IMG/VR virus record: IMGVR_UViG_3300005436_000501
Location: 1 to 64,000 of that record
Strand: one strand, 5' to 3'
Length of the DNA stretch: 64,000 nucleotides
Origin: a virus
Shown: piece after piece, positions 1 to 10,821 of the stretch
Position numbering within the stretch: the first letter of the stretch is position 1
Layout of the letters: each line of letters begins with the position of its first letter
Notes under the pieces: model-generated
Databases searched by the model: none
The model's input: the letters and a program-made list of their open reading frames with translations, nothing else
What the model was told of the DNA's origin: nothing
Made by a program: the position numbers and the translations under genes

Positions 1-27
1 ATCGCGGTCATCACCGGCCGCCTGGAC

Positions 28-3000
28 ATGCCGCGGCTTTACAAGAGCGACCTGCGTCTGCTGCTGGCCACGCTCGACCGGTACGACGCCGTCGAGGAGT
101 CCGTGTTCGAGACCGCGCGGCAGGTAGCCGAATTCGCCGAACGCCACGGGCCGGTGCCGGACCGCGTGGAGGTCACCTACAGCGCGGCCCCTGTGCGGCG
201 AGGCGAGGGCGCCCCCAACCCGTACAGCGGCACACCGCAGGGGATCGTGCGGCGCGTCATCACGGACAAACGCGCGGGCGCATCCGACCAGGCGATCGCC
301 CGCAACGCCGTCACCGAGGCCCTGCACCTGATCACAGGCCACGACGGGGACGCGGCCGGCTGCGACACCTGCCGCGACGCCACGGACCGGGCGGTCCGTG
401 ACGTGCGCACCCCGCGCCCGTTCGACCCGACCGGATGCTCCATCGTCGTGCCGCAGGGCAACGGCGGCGGGGCGTGCACGTGCGCGCTGCGCGGCGTCCA
501 GGACTGCCCGTGCCTGACGGGCGACGCCGATGTGTGAGACCTGCTGGGTCGAGCACGGCCGCCCCGACACCTGGAACCCCGACATCGCCCGCGCCCTCGA
601 ACTGATCCGCGCGATCTACGAGGTCGAACCCGTCGGCGCACCGCTGCACGTCGTCCTAGATGACTGGAACATCGAAGACGGACACATCAAGATCTGGCCC
701 GACCCCGAGACTGACCCGCAAGCCATGGCCGCAGCGGAGGAGTTGGTGCCGCTGCTGCGCCGCATGAGCGTCACGCAGCGTGCTGCGGCGCTCGCCTACC
801 ACGACGGACTCCTGGAGGTCCCGGCCACATGACCGCGCCGACGGCCCGTACCGACAATCCGTTCCCGGACAAGCCCTGTTACGTATGCGAAACGAAGGGC
901 CCGACGGCCTGTCGCGTGTGCGGCGACCGGTGTGCGCACCAGATCCGGGTCGTGGGCGACCGGGAGGTTCGCATGCACCGCGAACCGTGCGCGAGGCTGT
1001 TCTCGGACATCGTGCACATCGGCCTCTACGGGACGGACTTCCAGGCATGACCGACCTGCTCGGCGAGATCCGCGGCCGCGGCGCACGCCTGACCGGGTCC
1101 CATATCGACGACTGCGGCGAGAGCAGCGCCTACCGGGACCGGCGCACCCTGCTGCGGCTGCTCGACGTCACCCGCGAAGAACTCGCCGACACGATCGCCA
1201 GGGTCGACCGGGTGCGCACGATCCACAACCGCGCCGAGTGCTGCAACGTGCGCTGTGAGCTGGGCGGCTGGTGTATCGGCTGCGACCCGGACGGTGACGA
1301 GCCGTGCAGCGAACACCCCTGGCCGTGCCCGACCGTGCTCGCACTGGAACCGGACGCGAAACTGCCCGACCAGTACGCGGCGTGGGTGCTCAAGCGCGAC
1401 CACGACGCCGTGAAGGCTGAGCGTGACCGGGTCGTCGCCGAGAACCGGCTCCTGCGCGCTGCGCGACGACCCCCGCTCCGACGGCCAGTGCAGCCAGCGG
1501 TGTGGGCCCACGCCCCGCACCGCTGGCTGCCCAACCGTGTCGCCCTGGAGTGTCCGGGCATCCCCAAGCCAGGCGAAGCACGCGACGACCACGACGGAGA
1601 AGACGATGACTGAAACCGGCGCGGCCGCGCTCGATGGCCCGTACACCTGGGGCGAGTCGGTCACCTGGACCGCCGGACGGATCCTGGTGCCGCTGAACCG
1701 TGACGGCGCGAGCGTCGCGGACCTCGAACTCGACGAAGCCGGCGCGCGGGAACTCGCCGCGCACCTCACCGGCGTCCTCGAAGGCGACCTGTCGATCAAA
1801 CGCGGGCTCGTGCACTTCCCCGCCGACTGGACCGAGGGGCAGCGTGCCCGGTTCCGCGCCGCATGGGACGAGGCACAGCGGTGAGTGACGACGACGTGGA
1901 CGACCTCGACATCCTCAGCCGTGCGGACCTCGCGGAACTGTCCGGCCCCGCGTACTGCTCGCCGCCGAGGGCTGGCGCGTCACCCCGATCGACCCCGGGC
2001 CGCCGATCGGCGAACTACTGCCCCCGCCGACGGAGTGAGGACGCGATGACCGACGACGTAGACGCGGCCGCCGAGGTGACCGAGTTCCTCGGCCTGTACG
2101 AGCAGCACGGCCACCCCGACCTGATCAGCCACCACATGCGGCCGAGTAAGCCCGGGTTCCTCGTGCCCCCGGCGGAACTTCGCGCCAGCCACCTGCGCGC
2201 GATCCTCGCGCAGAACGCGCGCATGCTCAGCCTCCTGCTCGGCCACCCGAAAGACCCGGATCCGGCGCCCTGGACCGACCCCGACAGCGGCGCCACGTTC
2301 GACCTGATGCGCCCGTTCACCGACGCGCACGGCGGCACGTGGGAACACGCCGGCTGGCTGCACCACCTCGGCCCCGACGCAGCCCCCGAACCCGTGCTCG
2401 TGCTACTCAGCGAAGACCCGCCGACCGAGGACACGTACGCGCGGATCAGCGGGCAATGGGGGCCGCTCACGCAGGCCGAACCCGAGGGGTCGTCGTGATC
2501 GTCGCCGTTCTGGTCGCCATCGGCGGGGCGCTGGGTGCTGGGATCATCATCGGCATCGCTGTCGGGCGCCCGGTCTGGAACCGGGTCGAGCGGTGGGTCA
2601 ACGACGTCCCGGACGTGACCAAGAACGGCCAGCAGTCGCCGAGGGGCGTGGACCGGCCGCCCGTGATCACCGTCCAGGGCGAGACGCCGCCACCCGTCCA
2701 CTACATCCCGGAGGGCCGATGACCTGGCGCGAACCAGAACCGGGCGGCTGGGGCGCCATCCCGGAGCGCACCGAAGCCCCGCGCTTCGACCAGGCACCGA
2801 CCCTGCGCCTCGTGGTCGACGAGAGAGTGCCACCCGGCACCGTGGCCATGATCGGCGCGGACGGCGCCGTGCACACGATCCGCAACATCGGCGCTGAGGC
2901 CGACGCGCGCTACCCGGACTGGATCGGTGTCGGCGACGGACCCGGCATCCCATGCCGTGTGCTCGGGATCGACTTCGCCCCGGACGGTGGCGGCCCGCCC

Positions 3001-4521
3001 GTCGTCGGCCACCGGGACGCGGACGGCGTGCTGCACATCGACAGCGCGGCCACCGCCCGGCGCCCGAGCCACGGCGAGATCGTCGCGCACTTCTCGCGCC
3101 TGCGCCCCGCCGCCGGTTTCCTGGTGGACATCAGCGCCCCGCCGAACAGTTGCGCCCGCTGCGGCACGGACCAGCGCGGCCACGACGGCGACCACGCCTA
3201 CACCCAGCCCGATGACGCGCTGCGGCTCGCCCGGATGAAGGAACGGCGCCGCGCCCGGCTCAACCCGCCGCCCACGGTCGCGGCACTGCCCGACGTGCTC
3301 GTGACGTTCGCTGTGGACACCACACGCCTCGCCGAGTCCATGCGGCGCCTAGGGGAGGCGATCAGCGGCGCGCTGCAACCCGCCGTCGCAGCCGAACGTG
3401 CCCGGCAGGCGGCCATCACGACCGGAGCCGCCGCGCCGGCCGAGTCCCCGGGCTACGAGGCGATGCGCCGCGCGATCCTGGCGCTGCCGACGTCCGGGCC
3501 GATCCTCGCGTCCGACGCGGACTGGGACGCGCAAGGCAGTGTGTGCGCGCACGTCTGCGGCGGTTCACCGGACCATGTGTGCGACGCCCGCGCGACCACC
3601 ACGATCCGGTACCGGCTGCCGTCCGGCGGAACCCGGGCGCTCCCGCTGTGTGCACCCTGTGCGGAGGCCGAAACCGCGGCGGCGGGCGTGGCATCCTGAA
3701 GCGGTGACCGCCAACCCGATGATTGACCAGCTCGCCGCCGAGGTGCGCAGACGCTCGGCGCACCGACCCGAAGCCGCCACCCGCATCGCCGAGTTCATCG
3801 CCAGCCGGCTGCGCAGCGAACTCGGCGACCAGCTCACCGACCAGCAGATCGGCGCCGTCCTGCTGTGCAGCGCGTGCGCCGCGATGTCGCTCGCCAAGGA
3901 GTTCGGTTTGAGCGGACGCGCGATCGCCAACGGGATCGCGGTCGCGGGCGAGCAGGTCTACCACCACCCGGTCGACCGTGGCTAACTCGATGGATGCCTG
4001 GCGCAGGTCCCGGCGCGACCTGTTGGAGATCGAGAACCCGGGCGCCCAGTGCGGGCACTGCGGCTTCGGAAACCGGCTCAAGGGTGCCTGGTCGGTGGAG
4101 GGCGGGCGGCTGGTGTTCCGTGCCGATGCGAACCCGCTGCGCTCCCGAGGCCCGGACTTCGAGTCGTGCGGCGAGTCGGACGAGATCGCCGAATTCCGGA
4201 AGATCACCGTCAATGGGGAGCCGCTCACACCCGAGCAGGTCGCTGAACTCCAGGCGGCTGCCCGCGCGGCCGACGGGACGGAGTTCGACGATGCCTGATC
4301 TCGATGTCGCGCTTCTGCGCTCGGTTCCCGTCCCCGCTGCGATTACCGAAGTGGCCGGCTGTTCGTGCGGCGGCCTCGACTGGCACAAGCAGGACTGCAC
4401 CATCTGGTCGACGCCGGCCGACGACGCCATCGCGGCGGTAGAAGCCGCGCGCAGACGCGTGCGCGAGTACGGCGACGAACTCAACCGGCAGCTTCGCGCA
4501 GCCCTCGGAGGTCTGGCATGA
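28..4521 (+). other. Run of about 11 translationally coupled small hypothetical phage genes (28-537, 530-832, 829-1050, 1047-1613, 1606-1884, 2046-2498, 2495-2722, 2719-3699, 3704-3985, 3978-4298, 4291-4521)
   Basis: Start/stop overlaps, protein-like composition, several CxxC pairs; no family recognised. Confidence 0.6.
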
Positions 4522-4638
4522 CGATAATGGGCTGCGACCAGCGGAAACAGCCCCCACCCTTAGCCGTGGCCGAGAAGATTTCGCGCCGAAACTTAAGGTT
4601 CCAGCGCGAGTGCTGGTTTTGCATCAGCGAGGTCGCCG

Positions 4639-5157
4639 ATGCCTGACGACGCGACGGAACTGGTGCTGTTCGTCGAGGCGTGCCTCGCGCAGGACGAAGC
4701 CGCCGCGCTCGGCTGCCCCTCACACGACTGGGTCGCCTCCGGCGCGACCGTGCGCGGAGGGCCGCGTGTCCGGACGGCCGGACCGGGGCCACTCATGTCG
4801 CAGTTCGTCGGCGAGCCGTTCCCGGACACGGTGGCGGTGCCGCTGCCGCGCGAGCCGCGCCCAGACGACTTCTGGACGCAGGTCAACCTGCACGGCACGA
4901 CGGGCAAGTTCGAGTCGGAGATGCGCGTCGCCGAGTACATCGCCAGTTGGGACCCGTCGCGGGTGCTCGCCGAGGTGGAGGCGAAACGTGAGGTGCTGCG
5001 CCTGCATCACCGGATGAATCCGGGCGAGTGCGTCCGCTGCCACGAGATGATCGGGCCGGACCTCGTCAGCGAACGGTATCCGTGCAGGACACTGCGCGCG
5101 GTGATCTCCCTGTACGCGGGCAGTCCCGGGTTCCGGCCCGAGTGGGCGATGGCGTGA
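4639..5157 (+). CDS. DUF6221-like actinophage protein
   Basis: YIASWDPSRVLAEVEAKREVLRLH followed by CxxC and PCRTLR...YAGSPGFRPEW. Confidence 0.7.
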   Translation: MPDDATELVLFVEACLAQDEAAALGCPSHDWVASGATVRGGPRVRTAGPGPLMSQFVGEPFPDTVAVPLPREPRPDDFWTQVNLHGTTGKFESEMRVAEYIASWDPSRVLAEVEAKREVLRLHHRMNPGECVRCHEMIGPDLVSERYPCRTLRAVISLYAGSPGFRPEWAMA

Positions 5158-5618
5158 CCTCTGAACCGCGGCCCACGCCCGGCCGCTGGGTTGATGAGCC
5201 GGTGCTGCCCGAACTGCCCACGGGCCCGCCGCCGCATCTGATCCGGGTGGAGGGCGCCCGGCTGATCCGGGTCATGAATGTGGACGCCCACAACCCCGCG
5301 TCCCGTGACGGCTACACCGAGGCTGTCGTCCTCGCGACCGCGCCCCTGGGCGGCGGCACAGGCGTGCTGGTAGCGTGGCTCGGAGGCTGGCAGGAGGGCC
5401 ACCGGGCGACCGGGAGAGGCCGCTACGCCTGGTGCCGGCTGCTCGAGGACCGGGTGCGCGAAGTGGCGCCGCCACGCGCCAAAATCGACGGCGCCGAATG
5501 GCACGGCCACCACGCCGAGGGCGAGTTCGCGGGGGCGGTGCGGCAGGCCGCGGAGCTGCTGCCCGAGGAGATGCGGGCGGCCGCGCTCACACCCAGGCCG
5601 GTCGACGGGTCGGCGTAA
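5154..5618 (+). CDS. Hypothetical protein
   Basis: GTGA overlap with upstream gene; globular-looking sequence. Confidence 0.55.
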   Translation: MTSEPRPTPGRWVDEPVLPELPTGPPPHLIRVEGARLIRVMNVDAHNPASRDGYTEAVVLATAPLGGGTGVLVAWLGGWQEGHRATGRGRYAWCRLLEDRVREVAPPRAKIDGAEWHGHHAEGEFAGAVRQAAELLPEEMRAAALTPRPVDGSA

Positions 5619-5639
5619 GCACACCGCACGCCCACACCC

Positions 5640-6647
5640 TCAGCGCCGCCACACGTTCACCCGCTCCGTCTCCAACAGCGGCGCCCCGTCCGGACCCTTC
5701 ACATACGACGGGATCCACGTCTGGCGCCGCAGCGACCGCGCCGGGCCGAACGCTTGATTTCGCCAATGCCCGGACACGACCCACCTATACCGGTAACGGC
5801 GCGCCGAACCCTCGCCGCCCTCCTCGTCGGGAACCTGCGGCCGGTACAGGCGCCGCAGGTCGATCAGGGTCACCGCCGGCTCCGGGCGCCCATCCCGCCG
5901 AGCGCGCCGGGCATCGTCCTTCGGCGCGTCCACGCGCGAGCGCTCGGCCAGCTTCGGCTGCTGCATCAGCGCCCACGCCGCCGCCATCGCCAGGCACACC
6001 GTCAGTAGCGCGGGTTCGTCGATCATCTCGGCGATCTCGGTCGCTGTGTGTGCGACGGGGTCGGCGGGCAGGTCCCAGCCCTGCATCGGCATCAGCGGGG
6101 GCATCGCGACCCCGCCGGGCAGCGGGACACGGCCCGGCAGCGCCGCCTCGATGCGGTCCCACCGCACCCAGCCGACCAGCAGCATCCCGCCCTCGCGGGG
6201 GCCCCAGGACACGGCGTCGAACGGCACACGCACACTGAGGCGCTCGGGCACCGTCCCGAGGGCCGTGTCGACGGTGCGCCCCCGGGTGTCGAACATCGAT
6301 CCCACGTCGAGGGACTGGCCGATGCCTCCGTCCCACACCAGTAGTCCGCTGGCGCTGGGCCGGTAGGCGTGCGCGAAGCACACCTCGGGCAGTGACGCCC
6401 CCGCGGCCATGGCCAGGGCGGACATGTCGGGTGTCGCCCAGTACAGCTCCGCGGTGGAGATCGAGGAGGCGGCGGTCGTGAAACGGGTCGCGTAGTCGGG
6501 GCGCAGCCGCTCGAGCGAGCCGTCGGTGAGCCTGCGCCAACTCTGCGTCCGGGTCCGCGGCAGCGCGGCGGGCGACCATCGGCGCGTCGGCGCGTGCGCG
6601 CCCGGCCCCTGCTGGCCCCGCGCTGCCGCAGCCCCGGGCCCGGTCAC
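5640..6647 (-). CDS. Conserved phage hypothetical protein with C-terminal RWxVxGHWRxQ...WIxxYVKGP motif
   Basis: RYRYRWVVSGHWRNQAFGPARSLRRQTWIPSYVKGP; start set at the GTGA overlap with 6644-6919. Confidence 0.7.
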   Translation of the reverse strand: MTGPGAAAARGQQGPGAHAPTRRWSPAALPRTRTQSWRRLTDGSLERLRPDYATRFTTAASSISTAELYWATPDMSALAMAAGASLPEVCFAHAYRPSASGLLVWDGGIGQSLDVGSMFDTRGRTVDTALGTVPERLSVRVPFDAVSWGPREGGMLLVGWVRWDRIEAALPGRVPLPGGVAMPPLMPMQGWDLPADPVAHTATEIAEMIDEPALLTVCLAMAAAWALMQQPKLAERSRVDAPKDDARRARRDGRPEPAVTLIDLRRLYRPQVPDEEGGEGSARRYRYRWVVSGHWRNQAFGPARSLRRQTWIPSYVKGPDGAPLLETERVNVWRR

Positions 6648-6919
6648 CGCCGTCTCGTCTCGCGCTCGATCTCCTGGTGCTTGCGCGTGAGGAACGCGTC
6701 GAAACGGGCCGCGCACTTCGGGGCGATTCGGTCCGCGGCTTTCAGCGCGGCCGCGGCGGGCAGCGCGGCCGGCCACAGGACCGCGGTGACCAGGTATGTC
6801 GCCGCGAAGAACAACCGGCCCTGCCCGCCGCGCCGGTCGGCGACCCACATCGCGCGCCCGATCAGCAAGGGCGCGAGGGGCGCGAGCACCGCGAAGTAGA
6901 CCACGACGAGGCTATGCAC
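6644..6919 (-). CDS. Small membrane protein (2 predicted TM segments)
   Basis: Two hydrophobic stretches and a basic tail. Confidence 0.55.
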   Translation of the reverse strand: MHSLVVVYFAVLAPLAPLLIGRAMWVADRRGGQGRLFFAATYLVTAVLWPAALPAAAALKAADRIAPKCAARFDAFLTRKHQEIERETRRR

Positions 6920-6967
6920 GGCCGTCTCCGTCTTCGGCGAACTTTGGCGCCGGGTGCTGTGCCTGGT

Positions 6968-7669
6968 TCATCCGCGGGGGTCCTCCGGGTATCCGGCGGC
7001 GCGCAGCCCGTCGCCGTGCTCGCCGCCGGCCCGTGTCGCGGACCGATAGCGCACCGCCGCGTCCAGGACCCCGGCGGCCTGCCTCGGCGTCCAGGCGCGT
7101 GCCGCGTCCAGCAGGTCCGGGTACACGGTAGTGCCGGTGACGTCGTCAGTGAGGTCGGCGATCTCGCCGAGCAGGAACCCGCGCGGGTCCTCGAGCGCGA
7201 CCTCGTCGACGAGGATGCCCTGAAGGACGTCGAGCAACTGACAGAACAGGGCGATCGGGAATGCGGGGATCACGGCCGGGGCCGTCGGCTCGGCGTAGAC
7301 GACGCAGGCGTCGGGCAGCAGGTCGCGCACGCGCGCCACGGCGGCGCGGTGCCAGGACGCGGGCAGTGCGCCCTGGGGGTCGTGTTCGCGGTAGTCCGCG
7401 TCGGTGCGGTAGGTCTCGATCAGCGGGGCCGGGCGGTCCGCGAGGCTGTCGGCGAGTTGGCGCACGAAGTCCGCGGTGTGCGTCTCGAGTTTGGCGATCT
7501 CGGTGGCGACGCCGCCGGGCACGGGGTATTTGCCCTCTTCCCAGTGGCGTACGGTGCGTCCGGACACGCGTAGGTGTGCGGCGAGGGCGTCGCCGGTCAG
7601 GCCGAGGTGTTCGCGGATGACGCGCAGTTCGGCGGCGTTCATCCGGTCGGGTTCGCGGGCGGTGGGCAT
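6968..7669 (-). CDS. Aca2/YdiL (DUF1870)-like HTH regulator with extra C-terminal domain
   Basis: MNAAELRVIREHLGLTGDALAAHLRVSGRTVRHWEEGKYPVPGGV HTH, then YRTDADY...ASWHRAAVARV. Confidence 0.7.
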   Translation of the reverse strand: MPTAREPDRMNAAELRVIREHLGLTGDALAAHLRVSGRTVRHWEEGKYPVPGGVATEIAKLETHTADFVRQLADSLADRPAPLIETYRTDADYREHDPQGALPASWHRAAVARVRDLLPDACVVYAEPTAPAVIPAFPIALFCQLLDVLQGILVDEVALEDPRGFLLGEIADLTDDVTGTTVYPDLLDAARAWTPRQAAGVLDAAVRYRSATRAGGEHGDGLRAAGYPEDPRG

Positions 7670-7741
7670 GGGTGTGCTCCCTGGGCGTAGACGGGCGCGC
7701 CGCCGCGGAACGTGGTCCGGGCGGCGCGGCGCCGGGGTGCG

Positions 7742-8044
7742 TCAGATGCGCTCGACGGTGGCGACGTAGCCGGTGTCGACGCCGTCCCAGGGCTCGGCGA
7801 CGGACCAGCCGGCGTCGCGCAGCATCTTCTCTGCCTGGTGGATCAGTGCGTCGCGGTCGCCGTCGCGTGCGTCGATGTCGGTCTCGGCGTAGAACAGCGG
7901 GTCGCCGGTGGAGCCCCAGACGGGGGTTTCGTCGTTCTCGCCCTTGTAGCCGGTGATCTCGTCGGCGAGGACGGTGACGTCGATGTTGCCGTGGGGCAGT
8001 GCGCTGGCGTCGGTGGTGATCCACGCGGTGAAGTGCTCGCTCAT
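7742..8044 (-). CDS. Small acidic protein, candidate anti-CRISPR/anti-defence protein
   Basis: 100 aa, D/E-rich, GAAGGA RBS, first gene after a strong promoter and directly upstream of the Aca2-like HTH. Confidence 0.6.
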   Translation of the reverse strand: MSEHFTAWITTDASALPHGNIDVTVLADEITGYKGENDETPVWGSTGDPLFYAETDIDARDGDRDALIHQAEKMLRDAGWSVAEPWDGVDTGYVATVERI

Positions 8045-8095
8045 GGCCGGTTCCTTCCGGGTGGGTCTGGGGCTTTCCCCTGACCTCTTGACACC

Positions 8096-8124
8096 ATCAT
8101 AGCTTCCTAAAGTAGGAAGCGCAA
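8096..8124 (-). promoter_or_regulatory. Sigma70-type promoter with palindromic operator in the spacer
   Basis: Minus strand TTGCGC-17 bp-TATGAT; inverted repeat GCTTCCTA-aag-TAGGAAGC at 8102-8120. Confidence 0.8.
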
Positions 8125-8198
8125 GGGTTCTGATAAACGATCACGCAGAGCTGCCACGACGTGGACAATGGCCGTGCAGCCACCGAACGGAGCACCAC

Positions 8199-9576
8199 GT
8201 GACCACACCCCAGATCGCGGAACTCGCCGCGGAGATCCGCCGCCGCAGCCGCGGCCAGTCCCCTGCGACGAAGAAGCAGACCCGCCAGTCCGCCGCCGAC
8301 TTCCATCGCGACCTTCCTGGTATCGGCGACGAGGTGATCGGCGAGGTGCTGCTGCGCGCCGCGGTGTTCGCGTCCGCCGTGTTCCAGGCCAGCCCGGGGG
8401 CGAGCGTCCGGGACCTGTCCAGCCTGCTCGGCGCGATCGGGCAGCACATGTTCCACCACCCGCAGGGCGCCGACACGGACTGCCCCGACGAGGCGGCCGA
8501 CGGTGGCCAAGCCTGAGGACTGCGTCCACCCGTACCCCCGGCCCATGAGGGACGGGCAACGCTACTGCCCGTCCTGCCGCGCGAGACTGCCCGCACTCAC
8601 CCCGGATGAGACCGCCGAAGCGCACGACCAGCGCCAGGCGACCCGGCCGATGTCGCGATTTACCGGCTCCGGGCGCTGCGGGCACTGCGACACCACCGTG
8701 GGCCTCGACGAACGCCACCGCATCGGATTCCACTTCCAAGACGGCATCGCGGCCCCTTGCGCGGGCGTCGGCACCGACCCGCAAGCACCCAGCCCCTACG
8801 ACCGCGGCAGGCCGCTACGCGAACGCACGGTCACGTTCTGGCCCGGCGACCTGTCGGCGCTCATCGACGCCGTGGCGCACGGCCGCGAGTCGGTGTTCTG
8901 CGAGACGGCGCGCTGGCCGTGCGCAACCAGGCTGCACCCGATCTACCAGGTGCGCGCGGGCGGGCATCCGCGCGAGTTCCAGTTGGCGACCGACGGGCCG
9001 GACCGGTTGTTCGCTGACCCGGTGCTGTGGTCCGCCGGGCAGTCGATGGACACGGCGGCCCTGCTGTGGTGCCCGTGGACGCATTTCCCGGGGCGCGACT
9101 GCCGCTGCGAGACGCTGGCGCGGGAAGCGGCGCAGTGCAGTGCCCTGTCCACCGGGCTTCGACGCAGCGGCGCCTGCGAGGCGGAACTGTCCGCGCTGCG
9201 CGGTGAGGGATGATGAAGCGTGACTGACGCCGATACCTGCCGCCCGGTGACGCTCCCGTCAGGCGAGACGATCCCGGTGCGCGGCCGCGGGGGTCTCGGT
9301 CCGGCCGGTGTCGCGGCGCTCGCCGAGGTCATTGAAGCGGCCCGCGCCAAGCACGCGGCCGAGCATCCGTCCGACCCCGGCGCCGAGGACCTGTACGGGC
9401 GCGTGGACGCCGTGTGCGGGCGACTACGGCTGCCCCGGTACCGGGCGGCCAAGGCGATCGGCGTGAGGCACAGCGTGCTTGTGCGGCTCGCGCAGGGGCG
9501 CATGCCGGGCGGTGCCGAACGGGCCGCGATCGAGACGTGGCTCGCCGCTCAGAACCCGCCGGCGCCCGGCACCTGA
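8199..9576 (+). other. Three hypothetical genes (8199-8516; 8503-9213 Cys-rich; 9220-9576 with a possible C-terminal HTH)
   Basis: GGAG RBS before 8199; coupled ORFs; RYRAAKAIGVRHSVLVRLAQG HTH-like segment. Confidence 0.55.
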
Positions 9577-10342
9577 CCCGCGTCCGGTCCCGACGTGGGC
9601 GCGTCCGCGGTGCTCGCCCGCATCAACGCCACCACCGCCTCCAACCGCGCGACCGCGTCCGACTCGAACTCGCCACTGCCCGTGAACGGCGAGATGCCGT
9701 GCCCCTGCAGGTCCCGCCACAGATCCGGCACGAACCGCCCCACCGCGATCCCGAACGGCGCCAGGGCGTCACGCAGCGCCGACACCACGTCGAGCAGCGG
9801 ATCCGTGCTGTCACGCCGCCCGTTGCCCGTCACGAGGCCCGCGCCGATGCGTCCTCGGCCGCACCCGCACCGAGCCGCCGGCGCACCTCGTCGGGCACCT
9901 CGTGCTCCGGCACCAGATGCACCCGCACCGCCGGACCCCGCAGCGACACCGGCGGCGCCAACGCCAGATCCATCCGGCCCGGGTAGAACACGAACCGCGT
10001 CTCGAGGTCCCCGTCGAAACCCTCCGTGCCCCGATACTCCTCGAACAGGGCCCGCGCGTCGGCCTCGGACACGAAATCCCCGGTTATCCCCGCCCGATCC
10101 ACGTAGTACACGCGCGCGAGCGGCAGCGGCGCCGGATACACCGCGTACACCCAGCGGGCACCCACCTGCGCCGCGACCAGGCCCGGCGCCGCCACATCGA
10201 TCGGACACAGCGCCCCCGCCGCCCGCTCCACCGTGTCGAACACCCACCGCGACGCCGCGGGCCGCTCACTCATCGCCTGGATCGCGGCGGCCGCGTCCTC
10301 GTCCGTGACGCCCCACACCACCACCCGCACCCGCGCGCTCAC
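9549..10342 (-). other. Two hypothetical genes (9549-9833, 9830-10342)
   Basis: GTGA-coupled to the resolvase-like gene. Confidence 0.5.
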
Positions 10343-10761
10343 AGCGCACCGACCCGCAGCACGCACTGAAACCGGGACGCCTCCACCAGTCCGCGCCCCA
10401 CCCGCAGAACCCGGCCGCCGACCCGCGCCACCACCATGCGGCGGCACCCGCTGTACGCCGAGAGCCGGTCCGGATGCCACACCAGCAGCCACGTGTCCGC
10501 CCTCGACGCCCGCGCCACCGCGTCGCGCAGCGCCTCCCGTACCGCGGCGACGTCCAGCCAGCCGCCCGCGGTGCGCCCGTCGAGGGTCGCCGCATGCCCG
10601 TAGTCCACGCACACCGCCACCACCGCGCAGTCCTGTGTCGCGGCGTATTGGCGGCATTGGCGCAGCCGGTCCGCGAGCAGCGGGTCGTCGGGGGTCACGC
10701 ACCGGTCGTAGAGCACCACCGGCTGGCCCCGCCAGGGCGCGGTGTCGTTCTGTTTCGGCAT
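10339..10761 (-). CDS. Stand-alone serine-resolvase-like catalytic domain, degenerate
   Basis: VVLYDRCVT...RLRQCRQYAATQDCAVVAVCVD...LLVWHPDRLS; the YxRxS serine is missing. Confidence 0.6.
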   Translation of the reverse strand: MPKQNDTAPWRGQPVVLYDRCVTPDDPLLADRLRQCRQYAATQDCAVVAVCVDYGHAATLDGRTAGGWLDVAAVREALRDAVARASRADTWLLVWHPDRLSAYSGCRRMVVARVGGRVLRVGRGLVEASRFQCVLRVGAL

Positions 10762-10821
10762 GCGGTGACCGTAGAACCGTGCGGCCACGGCTTCACCAGC
10801 GTCACTGGTATCCGTGCGGGT

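Noticed and set aside
8088-8113. + strand TTGACA...TAAAGT promoter
   Set aside because: Spacer is only 14 bp; the minus-strand promoter at the same place fits the consensus much better
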